Shown here one piece after another: positions 49,827 to 59,963 of a stretch of 64,000 nt of DNA. The DNA is taken from contig CAXXVS010000002.1 in NCBI GenBank assembly GCA_963674755.2, forward strand, positions 1,696,001 to 1,760,000. The letters are read 5' to 3'. The notes below the pieces were generated by a model, which was not told the DNA's origin, made no database searches, and saw nothing but the letters and a program-made list of their open reading frames with translations. This stretch comes from Desulfobacterales bacterium (lineage in GTDB: Bacteria; Desulfobacterota; Desulfobacteria; Desulfobacterales; UBA5852). A program made the translations under genes and the position numbers. Position 1 is the first letter of the stretch; every line of letters begins with the position of its first letter.

Positions 49827-52808
49827 TCAGGCGTCCAGCGCTTCGCGGACTTTGACCGCGAGGGTCTTTTTGGAAAAAGGTTTATGGATGAAATGGACGT
49901 CCGAATCCAGCACGCCCCGGTGGGCGATGAGATCGGCGGTATAGCCGGACATGAAAAGCGTCCTTAAATTGGGTTGGGTTTGGGTCAGCGTCTTGGAAAG
50001 ATCCCGGCCGTTCATGTCCGGCATGACCACATCCGTAATCAACAGGTCAATCTTCCTGTCGTGGTTCGCGGCCAGCGCGATGGCCTCACTTGGGCTGCCG
50101 GCCGCGAGCAACGTGTAGTTCAGGGGTTCCAGGATCCGGGCGGTCAGTTTCAGGATACCCGGATCGTCCTCCACCACCAGCACGGTCTCACCGCTGCCCC
50201 GAGCGACCGTCTTAATGCTTGGGCGGCGGCTATCGGCCTCCCCCTCGTCATTCCGCGGCAGGTAAATCCTGAAGCGGGTCCCTTTACCCGGTTTACTGGA
50301 GACATTGATGAAGCCGTTGTTCTGCTTGGTTATCCCGTAAACCGTGGACAGCCCCAGCCCCGTGCCCCGGCCGACCTCTTTGGTGGTAAAAAAGGGCTCG
50401 AAGATATTGTCCAGGGTTTCACGCGCCATGCCGCAGCCGTCATCGCTCACGGTTATTAGAACGAAATCGCCCGGTTTTAACCATGGATGGCCGTCAATGT
50501 TTCCCGCGTCGATGGAAATGTTCCGGGTTTCGATGGTGACCTTGCCCACATCCTTGATGGCATCGCGCGCGTTCACGCAGAGATTGGCCAGGATCTGGTC
50601 CACCTGGGAGGGATCCATCTTGACCGACCACAGCTCCGGAGCGGGCCGCCAGGCCAGATCGATGTCCTCCCCGATCAGCCGCCGCAGCATCTTGAGCAGG
50701 TGCTCCACGGTGTCGTTCAGGTCCAGCACCTCCGGGGCGATGGTTTCCTTGCGGGCGAAGGCCAGCAGTTGCCGGATGATGTCCCGGGACCGCTGGGCCG
50801 CATGGAGGATTTCGACCAGATCGCCGTGCAGGGGATCGTCGGGGGGGACCTCCTCCACGGCCAGTTCGGCATAGCCGATGATCACACTCAGGATATTGTT
50901 GAAGTCGTGGGCCACCCCGCCGGCCAGCCGCCCCACCGACTCCAGCCGCTGGGACTGGTGAAGCTGGTTCTCCAATTTGCACTGCTCCTTTTCAGCTTGC
51001 TTTTGAGCGGTGATATCCTGGATAACACCCATGATTTTGATCATGGTGCCCGACGGATCTCTGACCGGCTGAGCGATGGACTTGATGATTATGGGGGGTG
51101 ATCCGTCACACGGATGGATCTCGAACTCCAGGTCATAGGGGGTGCCCTTCTCGATCAGATCCATCAGGGCTTGGTGCGTCCTGTCGCGTTCGGGGGTACA
51201 GCTCTCAATTTCATCAACGCTGAAAACTTTTCTTTGGGGGTCCAATCCATACATGCGCTTGGCTTCGTCCGAGCCCCAGAAAGTCTCCTGGTGGATATCG
51301 TATTCCCAATTGCCCACCCGGCCCATGCGTTGGGCGCTGATATAGCGCCTCTCACTTTCCCGCAAAGCGCGCTCGGCCGCTTTGCGTTCGGAGATATCGC
51401 GGGCCACCCCGAGCACTCCGATAAGATGGCCGTCGTCAGCGATCAGCGGCGCTTTAATGGTTTCAAAATGTCCCTGGTAGCCGTCATCGGCAAAGGTGAG
51501 CAACTCTTCGTTCATACGGGGTCCGCCGGCTTGCGCGGCCTCACGGTCGTGCTCCTGGAAAAAAACGGCCAGCTCCTTGTCGAACAGGTCGTGGTCGGTC
51601 TTACCGACGATCTCCGCTTCCCGGGCCCCCACCAGCCGTTCAAAGGCCCGGTTGCAGAAACGATAAACGCCATGCTGGTCCTTGAGCCAAACCAGGTCCG
51701 GGATGGCGTCCATCAGCGCCCCCAGCCGTTGCTCCGACCGGAGGAGTTCCGCCTGGGTTTGTTTGCGTTCGGTGATGTCGTCGTAGACCGCCACGAGTTC
51801 GCCGTTGGGAAGCCGGTACACCCGGTTTTCGCGCCAGCTTTCGCGACCGTGGGCATCGCGGTATAGCGCTGCCGGGAAATGCTCGGCCGTCCCCGTCGCC
51901 CAAACCCTTTGGAATACATCCAGCAGTCCGTAGTCTTTGACGTCCGGGAAAACTTCCGTGACGCGCCGGCCGACAACATCCCCCCGGCTGACATTCTCGA
52001 TGCGCTCGGCCGCGGAATTGAAATCCTGTACCACAAAATCGGTCCCTTCGTCCACGGCCGTATAGACGGCAACCCCGCTCGTCATGCACTCGAACAAAGC
52101 CCGGAAGCGGTCTTCGCTCTCCCGCAGGGCCGCCAGGGCCTCCTCCCGGTCGGTTAAGACGTCGATCTTATAGAGGGCGAAGGCCAGGTCGTCGCACGCC
52201 TCCCGGAAGAGAGTTCTTTCCTCCGGGTCCTGGGCGTAGGCCACTGGTACGGAAACCGATAACATACCATAGAGGCGATCTTCAAAGGCAAGGCGATGGA
52301 TCAATCGCGCCTGCCCCGAATCCTCCGTCCGCAACGGGCAGCCTTGGCATTCGGAAATCGGATCCTTTACGATCACGGTATCTTCCTGATCCAAGGCCGC
52401 GCGCACACAGTCCGGGAATTCACCTTGCCGCAAGCGGTCCTGCATGACCCTGCGACCGCTCTCGAAACCGGAGAAAGCGGTCCGGACAGCGGTTCGGCCG
52501 CCCTCGTCCAGCAGGGCAATCCAGGCCTTGGGGTAGCCCATGGTCGCCGTCAGGTTGGCACAGGCGCCCTCGATCAAGCGCTGGGGATCGTTTTCCTGTG
52601 CGATCAACCGGTTGAAGTGGCGGAGAGCCCGAAGCACCTGCGCAAGATGGATTTCACGGGCTTCGGCCTCCGCCAGCCGAATCACGAGGGTCTGGTCGTC
52701 ACTGAGGATGGTATCCACCTGGCCCGCCTGGATCGCCTGGAGGGCCGATTCCGTCATGCGCAAACGACGCGTCAATTCCGCAATAACCTTGTCGTGCGAT
52801 TCCTTCAT
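49827..52808 (-). CDS. hybrid kinase GAF-PAS-PAS-PAS-HisKA-HATPase-REC downstream of kaiB
   Basis: N-terminal LQAIQAGQVD coil; Cys-rich GAF; three PAS; GGVAHDFNN; C-terminal receiver; ATGA overlap with kaiB. Confidence 0.93.
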   Translation of the reverse strand: MKESHDKVIAELTRRLRMTESALQAIQAGQVDTILSDDQTLVIRLAEAEAREIHLAQVLRALRHFNRLIAQENDPQRLIEGACANLTATMGYPKAWIALLDEGGRTAVRTAFSGFESGRRVMQDRLRQGEFPDCVRAALDQEDTVIVKDPISECQGCPLRTEDSGQARLIHRLAFEDRLYGMLSVSVPVAYAQDPEERTLFREACDDLAFALYKIDVLTDREEALAALRESEDRFRALFECMTSGVAVYTAVDEGTDFVVQDFNSAAERIENVSRGDVVGRRVTEVFPDVKDYGLLDVFQRVWATGTAEHFPAALYRDAHGRESWRENRVYRLPNGELVAVYDDITERKQTQAELLRSEQRLGALMDAIPDLVWLKDQHGVYRFCNRAFERLVGAREAEIVGKTDHDLFDKELAVFFQEHDREAAQAGGPRMNEELLTFADDGYQGHFETIKAPLIADDGHLIGVLGVARDISERKAAERALRESERRYISAQRMGRVGNWEYDIHQETFWGSDEAKRMYGLDPQRKVFSVDEIESCTPERDRTHQALMDLIEKGTPYDLEFEIHPCDGSPPIIIKSIAQPVRDPSGTMIKIMGVIQDITAQKQAEKEQCKLENQLHQSQRLESVGRLAGGVAHDFNNILSVIIGYAELAVEEVPPDDPLHGDLVEILHAAQRSRDIIRQLLAFARKETIAPEVLDLNDTVEHLLKMLRRLIGEDIDLAWRPAPELWSVKMDPSQVDQILANLCVNARDAIKDVGKVTIETRNISIDAGNIDGHPWLKPGDFVLITVSDDGCGMARETLDNIFEPFFTTKEVGRGTGLGLSTVYGITKQNNGFINVSSKPGKGTRFRIYLPRNDEGEADSRRPSIKTVARGSGETVLVVEDDPGILKLTARILEPLNYTLLAAGSPSEAIALAANHDRKIDLLITDVVMPDMNGRDLSKTLTQTQPNLRTLFMSGYTADLIAHRGVLDSDVHFIHKPFSKKTLAVKVREALDA

Positions 52809-53113
52809 TGCTGGGCCCCCGGGAACAGCGCCAGCAGGGTGTCGGCATCGTTCAGGTTGCCGTAGATTACCGCCCCTGGTTCGGGGCCGAGCACTTGCAG
52901 GGCCGGTGTCAGAAAAATACCGTTTGCCAGTGCTTTCTGAGGCTCCTGCATGACATCCACAATCTCCACCGTGATTACGGCATCGTCCAGACGGCGCTGC
53001 AGGCGTTGCAGATTCTCCCGCGCAATGCGCGAATTGGGGGCGTCGCCGGACACGAAAAGGCGCAGTTTGTAGCGCAACCTTTCGGTTTCCCGGCGGTCGA
53101 TTTTATGGCTCAT
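52805..53113 (-). CDS. kaiB: KaiB-family protein
   Basis: YKLRLFVSGDAPNSRIARENL, EIVDV..EP, IFLTPAL, IYGNL; overlaps the kaiC stop. Confidence 0.85.
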   Translation of the reverse strand: MSHKIDRRETERLRYKLRLFVSGDAPNSRIARENLQRLQRRLDDAVITVEIVDVMQEPQKALANGIFLTPALQVLGPEPGAVIYGNLNDADTLLALFPGAQQ

Positions 53114-54571
53114 CGTTCCCTCCCTCTTCCCCGATCCGAATCCCGTCGTCCGTGATATGAAAGGTGTGGATGCGATTGGAATGCTTTTTGCCCCTGGACT
53201 TCAGAATCCCCAGCCGCCTCGTATAAGCGCCCCGGTATTCAAAATTGCGCAGGACGACGAGGGTGTCGATGACCGAGGAGAGGTCGACCCCCGTGATCTC
53301 GTGTACCTTGTCGCCGGCGGTCAGGTTGGTCAGCAAAGTCGTGACCCCATGCTGTTTGCAATAGTCGATCAGCCGCAGGAGATAGTCGAAGGCCGACAGA
53401 CTCGATCCCATGCGCTGGCAGGCGGAAATGGCATCCACGACGAAGTGGTCCGGCTGGAATTCATCGATGGTGCGGAAGGCCTGAATCAGATGTTCCTCGA
53501 CCCCCTGGGACTCGGGCATGGCCGAGACGAATTTCAGCCGCCCGGTGGCCTGTGCGGCCATCAAATCGATGCCGGGGCTGACCATGCAGGACACCATGGC
53601 GTCCCATGATTCTTCAAAGCTGAGGTAAAGCAACCGTTCGCCCCGGTCCACGGCCGCCACGCTGAAAGAACAGGCGAATGTCGTCTTGCCCGTCCCCGAA
53701 CTACCCGTGATCAGCGTACAAGACCGGCGGCGGTAGCCCCCGCCGAGGATGGGGTCGAGCCCCTCGATGCCGGTGGGCATCGTCTCACCCAGGGCTTGAT
53801 GTTCGAGGTTGGTCCGGGTGACGGGAATGACCCATATCCCCTGATCGGTGACGGCGAAAGGATATTCGTTGCGGCCGCAGCTCGACCCACGGTACTTGAT
53901 GACCCGCATGCGGCGGGTGATCAGCTGGTTCATGACGCGCTGGTCCAGATGGATCACGCAGTCCGCCAGGAATTCCGTAAAATCGTATTGTAATGAAAAA
54001 AAGCCCCCGTCCCCGCCATCGCGAGATTTCGTGGTCATAAGGGTGGTTGTGCCGGCCTCGCGCAGCCAATCACCGAGCTTACCGATTTCGGTACGTTCTT
54101 TGTTGATGTTGTCCAGCAGGTGCAAGAGGTTATCCGGCGCATCGATCAGGACAATGCGTGCTTGAATCTCCTCGATTTGCTGTTTGAGAATGCCCATAAT
54201 AGCGCCCAGGTCGAAATCGCCGGCAAGCACGGCGTGGGGCTGAATCCGGGCGCTTATCAGCCGCAATTTCCCCAGTCCCTCTAGCTGGGGCAGATCCCAC
54301 CCGAGAACATGTCCGTAGCGGCGCAGGGACGCTTCCTGCTCTTCGAAAGTCAGCATGACACCGGGAGAGACCCCGCTTGGGCGCTCCGGACCAGGCATTC
54401 AAGCCCCATAATCGTTTTGCAGGCCCCCGGACCGCCGCACAGCAGTGTCAGGCCCCCCCGGGGGATACCGCCCTGGAGCACGTCGTCCAAGCCGATCACA
54501 CCGGTCGGGAGCTTGTCGATCTGCCGGTGAGATAGGGGTGCATCGTCCGAATAAGACGAAGTTGGTGTCAT
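53103..54571 (-). pseudogene. kaiC: double-domain KaiC split by a frameshift at about 54361-54376
   Basis: Frame 1 (ATG 54571, RBS AGGAGG): KLPTGVIGLDDVLQGGIPRGGLTLLCGGPGACKT, stop at 54350. Frame 2: PGVMLTFEE...KYRGS...PTGIEGLD...GSSGTGKTT...SFEES...LSSVID...KSRG. Confidence 0.85.
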
Positions 54572-54640
54572 GGTGTTGGTCCTCCTGTTTTCGAGAGGTT
54601 TGACAGGCTTCCATCCCCCCAAGTCGGCGGTATAAGCCGC

Positions 54641-57600
54641 TTAGCCGGCGCCAGCCAACGCCTCGCGGACCTTGGTCGCCAATTCCTTTCTGGAAAAGGG
54701 CTTGTGGATGAAATGGGCGTCCGAATCCAGCACGCCCCGGTGGGCGATGACATCGGCCGTGTAGCCGGACATGAACAGCGTCTTTAGATTGGGATGGGTG
54801 CGGGTCAGCGCCTCGGACAGCTCCCGGCCGTTCATGTCGGGCATGACCACGTCCGTGACCAGCAAATGAATCGCCTCCCCACAGGCTTGGGCCATCTCAA
54901 TGGCCTTCCCGGGGCTGCAGGCCTCGAGCACGGTGTAATTCAAAGGTTTCAGAATCCGCGCAGTCAGCTTGAGGATGGCGGGATCGTCCTCCACAACCAG
55001 CACGGTCTCACCGTGCCCCTCGACGGCCGTTTCGACCGTTGGCGGTTGTTGGGCCGCCATGTCACCGGCATGTCGCGGCAGATAGATCCGGAGGCTTGTC
55101 CCTTCACCCGGTTCGCTGTATACGTTAATGAATCCCTCATTCTGCCGGACGATCCCGTAAACCGTGGCCAGTCCCAGCCCGGTTCCCCGGCCGACGCTCT
55201 TGGTGGTGAAGAAAGGCTCGAAAATACTGCCCAGGGTCTCCCGATCCATACCGGCACCGTCGTCGCTCACTGCCAGTACGACAAAATCGCCCGGTTTAAA
55301 CTCGGGATGGTCGGTGCAATACGCCGCGTCGATGGTCACCGCATCCGTTTCAATGGTAACCTTGCCCACATCCTCGATGGCATCGCGCGCGTTCACGCAG
55401 AGATTGGCCAGGATCTGGTCCACCTGGGAGGGATCCATCTTGACCGGCCACAGCTCCGGAGCGGGCTGCCAAGCCAGATCGATGTCCTCCCCGATCAGCC
55501 GCCGCAGCATCTTGAGCAGGTTTGCCACGGTTTGGTTCAAGTCGAGCACTCGCGGGGCAATGGTCTCCTTGCGGGCGAAGGCCAGCAATTGCCGGGTAAT
55601 GTCCCGGGACCTTTGGGCGGCATGGACGATTTCGGTCAGGTCGTCGTGCAGGGAGTCTCCGGGGCCGAGGTCTTCGACGGCCAGTTCGGCATAGCCGATG
55701 ATCACGCTGAGGATGTTGTTGAAATCGTGGGCTACCCCTCCGGCCAGCCGCCCCACCGACTCCAGCTTCTGGGACTTGTAAAGCTGGGCTTCCAGTTTGC
55801 GCCGCTCTTGATCGGCTTTCTTTTCACTGGTGATGTCCCGTATAACCCCCATGACTCTGGTATTGGCGCCCGTGTTGTCTCGTTCAATCTTGGCGATGGA
55901 ACGGACGATCCTGGGCGGTGATCCGTCCACCGGATGAACTTCGTACTCGATGTCATAGGGTTTCCCCTTGTCAACCAGGTCCGCCAGTGCTTGGTGCACC
56001 CGGTCGCGCTCGGGGATACGGCTCTCGGCCTCTTCAACGGTGAATTTTATTTGAAGCGGCTCAAGCCCGAACATTCTCTTGGCCTCGTCCGAAGCCCAGA
56101 ATGTCTCGGTGTGCGCATCGTATTCCCAGTTGCCCACCCGGCCTATATGCTGAGCGCTTTTGTAGCGCAATTCGCTTTCCCGCAATGCGTTCTCGGCCTT
56201 CTTGCGCCCCGAGATGTCGCGCGCAATGCCCAGCACTCCGACAAGGCCGCCGTTCCTGTTCCGCATGGGCGTTTTAACGGTCTCGAAATACCCCTGGTAG
56301 CCGTCCTCGGCAAACGTCAGGGACTCTTCGTTGACGCGGGGCCGTCCGGCTTCTATGGCTTTGCGGTCGTGTTCTCGGAAAAAATCGGCCAACTCCCGGT
56401 CCACGAAGTCGTAATCGGTTTTACCGACGATGTCGGACTCCTTGGCGCCGTAAAAGCGCTCAAAGCGGCGATTGCAGCTCAAATAGACACCGTCCGGGGC
56501 CTTGAGCCAGACCAGGTCCGGAATGGCATTCACCAGCCCCCGGAGCATGGCTTCGGATTGGGACAACTCATGTTCGATCTGCTTGCGTTGGGTGATGTCG
56601 CGGGTAACCCCCTGGAGTCCGGCGAGATGGTCCTGCGCGTCGAAAGTCAGCTTGCCGTGAATTTCGACGAGGATGAGCGAACCGTCTTTGCAGCGTATCT
56701 CGGTTTCGAAGACCACGCCGCCATGAGCCTCGCCCTTTTCGATTTCGGTTTGGATAAACGCGGCCATTTCCATAAAGTGGGCTTCGTCGCAATGGTCGGC
56801 CAGGCGGGAACCCATCCACTCTTCCGGAGTATAACCCGTAAGCATTTCGATGGCCGGGTTCACATAGGTAAAGACCATATCCGGATCCATGGTCCAAATG
56901 ACATCCAGGGTATTGTCGGCCAACAGCCGGTACTTTTCTTCCTGTTCCAGGATCCGGTCGAGGTAGGCGCGCTCGTCGGTCTGGTCCTTGAACACCAACA
57001 CCACGCCGATAATTCGCCCGGCGTCGTCGCGGATCGGTGAACCGCTGTCGGCAACGGGAATCTCCCGGCCGTCCTTGGCAATAAGCAGCGTATGATTGAC
57101 GAGGCCCACCACACGGTCCTCCTTGAGCACCTTCGCCACCGGATCCGCCATGGGCAGCCGCGATTTCTCGCCAATAATCCGGAAAACGTCGCCCAAGGGC
57201 TTTCCATGCGCTTCTTCCTGCTGCCAGCCGGTAAGGTCCTCGGCGATGGGATTCATGAGTTCGACACGACCCGCCGCATCGGTGGAAATCACGGCATCGC
57301 CGATGGCCTGCAGGGTTATCCGGTGGCGCATGAGGACCTGGTTGAGGGCCGTCTCGGAATGGTAGCGTCTTCTATAGTGGTCTTTGAGGTTGCGCTGGCG
57401 AACGACGGCCATCACGACGCCGACCAGGCTTAGGGCCGCTATCAACATGGCCAGAATCATAACCGAACGGAAACGCCATTCGGCAAAGGCTTCGGTGGCA
57501 TCGATCTTGGAAACCATGAACCACGGCGAATCCGGGACCGGCAAAATGGCCGCGATCACCTCTTCGCCGCGATAATCCTTGCCCTGGACGATGCCCTCGT

Positions 57601-58360
57601 GTCCTGTAATGGCCATGGCGGCCGGCAGATCGGATTGACGCAAGGGGATGTGGAGCTTTAAAGCGGTGCCGGTCTGGTGTCTTAGATCGTTGAGGAAGAG
57701 GACCTCGTCACCGTCCCGCCGAATAAGGAGGGTTTCCGCCGTTTGGCTGGGCGTGGGCCATGATTGGATCAGGGGATACAGGAACTGGGCCGGGTCGCAA
57801 ATGAGAACGATGGCCCCGATGGGGCGCCGGCCGCTGCCGGCAAGGAAAAGGGGCGCCACCACGGAGAGATGGACTTGCATCCGGCCGTGACCGGTATGAA
57901 AGTCGGTCCACGCGGGCTTATGGGTGGCAACGGCGGCGGCGAAAGCCTTGTCATACGCCTGATCCAGGACCGCCGGCTTGGACTCCAGGGACAATCGAAT
58001 CCGTCGGTCCGGACCGACCACCCATATATCGGCATAATGATAGCGCTCTTTGACATCGCGCAATCGGCGCAGGATGCCAGAGGCTTCCCGCTCTGTCGGA
58101 TGGCGGAAATAGCGCTGGACGTCATCGATAAGCGCTTTGCGCCCCATCATTATCGCGGCGTCAGCCAGTCTCTGATCCCGCCAGGTCTGAATTTCCTGAA
58201 TCTTCAGTTTGGCGACGGATAGCAGATTGGTCTCCACGGCTTTTTGTTGGGCCGCTTTCTGCGCTTGTAAGAACCAGAAGCCGGCCACAAGCAGGGTGGC
58301 CCCGATTGCCACAAATACCATCTGCGGCCAACGCGGCCGTGGCGTTTCCGCGTTTTGCAT
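54641..58360 (-). CDS. membrane hybrid kinase: TM, Cache-like periplasmic domain, TM, 4 PAS, HisKA/HATPase, REC
   Basis: Two TM segments flank DYRG...PW..V.KID; four PAS domains; GGVAHDFNN; VTDVVMP. Start 58360 after GGAG. Confidence 0.92.
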   Translation of the reverse strand: MQNAETPRPRWPQMVFVAIGATLLVAGFWFLQAQKAAQQKAVETNLLSVAKLKIQEIQTWRDQRLADAAIMMGRKALIDDVQRYFRHPTEREASGILRRLRDVKERYHYADIWVVGPDRRIRLSLESKPAVLDQAYDKAFAAAVATHKPAWTDFHTGHGRMQVHLSVVAPLFLAGSGRRPIGAIVLICDPAQFLYPLIQSWPTPSQTAETLLIRRDGDEVLFLNDLRHQTGTALKLHIPLRQSDLPAAMAITGHEGIVQGKDYRGEEVIAAILPVPDSPWFMVSKIDATEAFAEWRFRSVMILAMLIAALSLVGVVMAVVRQRNLKDHYRRRYHSETALNQVLMRHRITLQAIGDAVISTDAAGRVELMNPIAEDLTGWQQEEAHGKPLGDVFRIIGEKSRLPMADPVAKVLKEDRVVGLVNHTLLIAKDGREIPVADSGSPIRDDAGRIIGVVLVFKDQTDERAYLDRILEQEEKYRLLADNTLDVIWTMDPDMVFTYVNPAIEMLTGYTPEEWMGSRLADHCDEAHFMEMAAFIQTEIEKGEAHGGVVFETEIRCKDGSLILVEIHGKLTFDAQDHLAGLQGVTRDITQRKQIEHELSQSEAMLRGLVNAIPDLVWLKAPDGVYLSCNRRFERFYGAKESDIVGKTDYDFVDRELADFFREHDRKAIEAGRPRVNEESLTFAEDGYQGYFETVKTPMRNRNGGLVGVLGIARDISGRKKAENALRESELRYKSAQHIGRVGNWEYDAHTETFWASDEAKRMFGLEPLQIKFTVEEAESRIPERDRVHQALADLVDKGKPYDIEYEVHPVDGSPPRIVRSIAKIERDNTGANTRVMGVIRDITSEKKADQERRKLEAQLYKSQKLESVGRLAGGVAHDFNNILSVIIGYAELAVEDLGPGDSLHDDLTEIVHAAQRSRDITRQLLAFARKETIAPRVLDLNQTVANLLKMLRRLIGEDIDLAWQPAPELWPVKMDPSQVDQILANLCVNARDAIEDVGKVTIETDAVTIDAAYCTDHPEFKPGDFVVLAVSDDGAGMDRETLGSIFEPFFTTKSVGRGTGLGLATVYGIVRQNEGFINVYSEPGEGTSLRIYLPRHAGDMAAQQPPTVETAVEGHGETVLVVEDDPAILKLTARILKPLNYTVLEACSPGKAIEMAQACGEAIHLLVTDVVMPDMNGRELSEALTRTHPNLKTLFMSGYTADVIAHRGVLDSDAHFIHKPFSRKELATKVREALAGAG

Positions 58361-58804
58361 AGGGAAACTCCGTACGACGTAAAGGTAGGCCGGCTTGGAA
58401 TAACAGCAGCAAGAACGCTGCGGGGGGATTACTCGAAAAGGATAGTGTTCTAAAAGGTCAGATGTCAATGGAAGGGCCTCACCATGAGGCCTTATTTACA
58501 CCATCGCGAACTTGCGCCAATCCCAGATTACGCCGTTATAACAGACAGATTCCCTATCGACGAAACCATGCTTACAGCATTGTGAAGCTTTTGCAGTTAT
58601 CCTTCTTACACATAAACGCAACGAATTCACATTATTATTTAAAATTGCAGAACAACGGCAACCGAGATTGGGGGGGCTGTGGTGGGCAATTCACATCCCC
58701 CTGCAAAGAGACTACCTCCGGGACCCAAGTTGATTTCCATAGCAGGTTTTAGCGGCAAGACCGCCGGCCGGCCCAACCGAGCGCCATCAATCTCCGGTTC
58801 CACT

Positions 58805-59830
58805 TCAGGTCCCGTTCAGCGCCGACCGGACACTGGCTGCGAGGAGCTGTTTGGAAAAAGGCTTGGGGACGAAATGAACATCCGAATCCAGAATGCCCCT
58901 ATGGGCAATGACATCGGCGGTATAACCGGACATGAAGAGCGTCCTGAGTTCCGGGTAGGCCCTGGTCAGGGTGTTTGACAGTTCGCGGCCGTTCATATCC
59001 GGCATGACCACGTCCGTGACCAGCAGGTGAATGGCCCCCGTGTGGGCCTCGGCCTGTGCGATGGCCTCCTTGGGGCTGTGGGCCTCGATCACGGTGTAAT
59101 TCAGGGACGCCAGAATCCGTGCGGTCAGTTTCAGGATGGCGGGATCGTCCTCCACCACCAGAACGGTTTCACCGTGCCCGGCGATGATTGCTTCCTCCAT
59201 GGGGCGTCGTTGCGCCACCGCGTCACCGGCGTAGCGCGGCAGATAAATCCGAAAGCTGGCCCCTTCCCCCGGTTCGCTGTAGACGTTGATAAAGCCGTCA
59301 TTCTGTTTGACGATGCCGTAGACCGTGGCCAGCCCGAGACCGGTGCCCTGCCCCAGACGTTTGGTTGTAAAAAAGGGCTCGAAGATATTGTTCAGGGTTT
59401 CCCGATCCATGCCGCAGCCGTCGTCGCTTACCGCCAGCATGACGAAATCGCCCGATTTAAAACCGGCGTCCAGGCATCGCCGGCAAGCGCCCGGAGTCAG
59501 TCCGCTGCGGGATGGCTCGGCAAGCAGCCGCGTGATGCTGTTGAACCAGAAACCGCCCTTGCGGGAGATGGTCGGCGCGGCAGGATCGAGGTGGCCCTCG
59601 ATGACACGGCGGCACAGGCAGGATGGAGCAGACGGGGGATTGAGAGGGATCAGGCTTGCCGGATAAGGGTGCGGTAGCGTCGCTCCCCGGCCTGAACCGC
59701 CTGCACGAGCTTGTTGCGTTCGTTGACGTCCATGGATACCACCCACAACCAGTGCAAGGTACTGGTACTGGTCTCATTGTGTTCGCTGGAGGCCAGAAGT
59801 TGGCAGCTGGCCCTGCTTGATCGCCAAAGT
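58805..59830 (-). pseudogene. remnant of a third paralogous hybrid kinase
   Basis: 58805 to about 59470 encodes GDFVMLAVSDDG...FFTTK...REC, very like the neighbouring kinases but without H-box or N-box. 59650-59800 in another frame gives a decayed PAS linker (MDVNERNKLVQAVQAGERRYRTLIRQA). Confidence 0.75.
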
Positions 59831-59963
59831 AAAACGATGTATTTCCCTGGGCAAATCATCCCTGGGCCTTTATGAATCAGAGATTTATGCCGATAGCCGT
59901 TTGGGCAGTCTCTACCGACAGTTTCTGCTTGACCTTTCCCATGCTTCAAGGTGTAGTCTTGCC

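Noticed and set aside
54350..54380. Programmed -1 ribosomal frameshift in kaiC
   Set aside because: No canonical X XXY YYZ slippery heptamer at the site; an indel is simpler.
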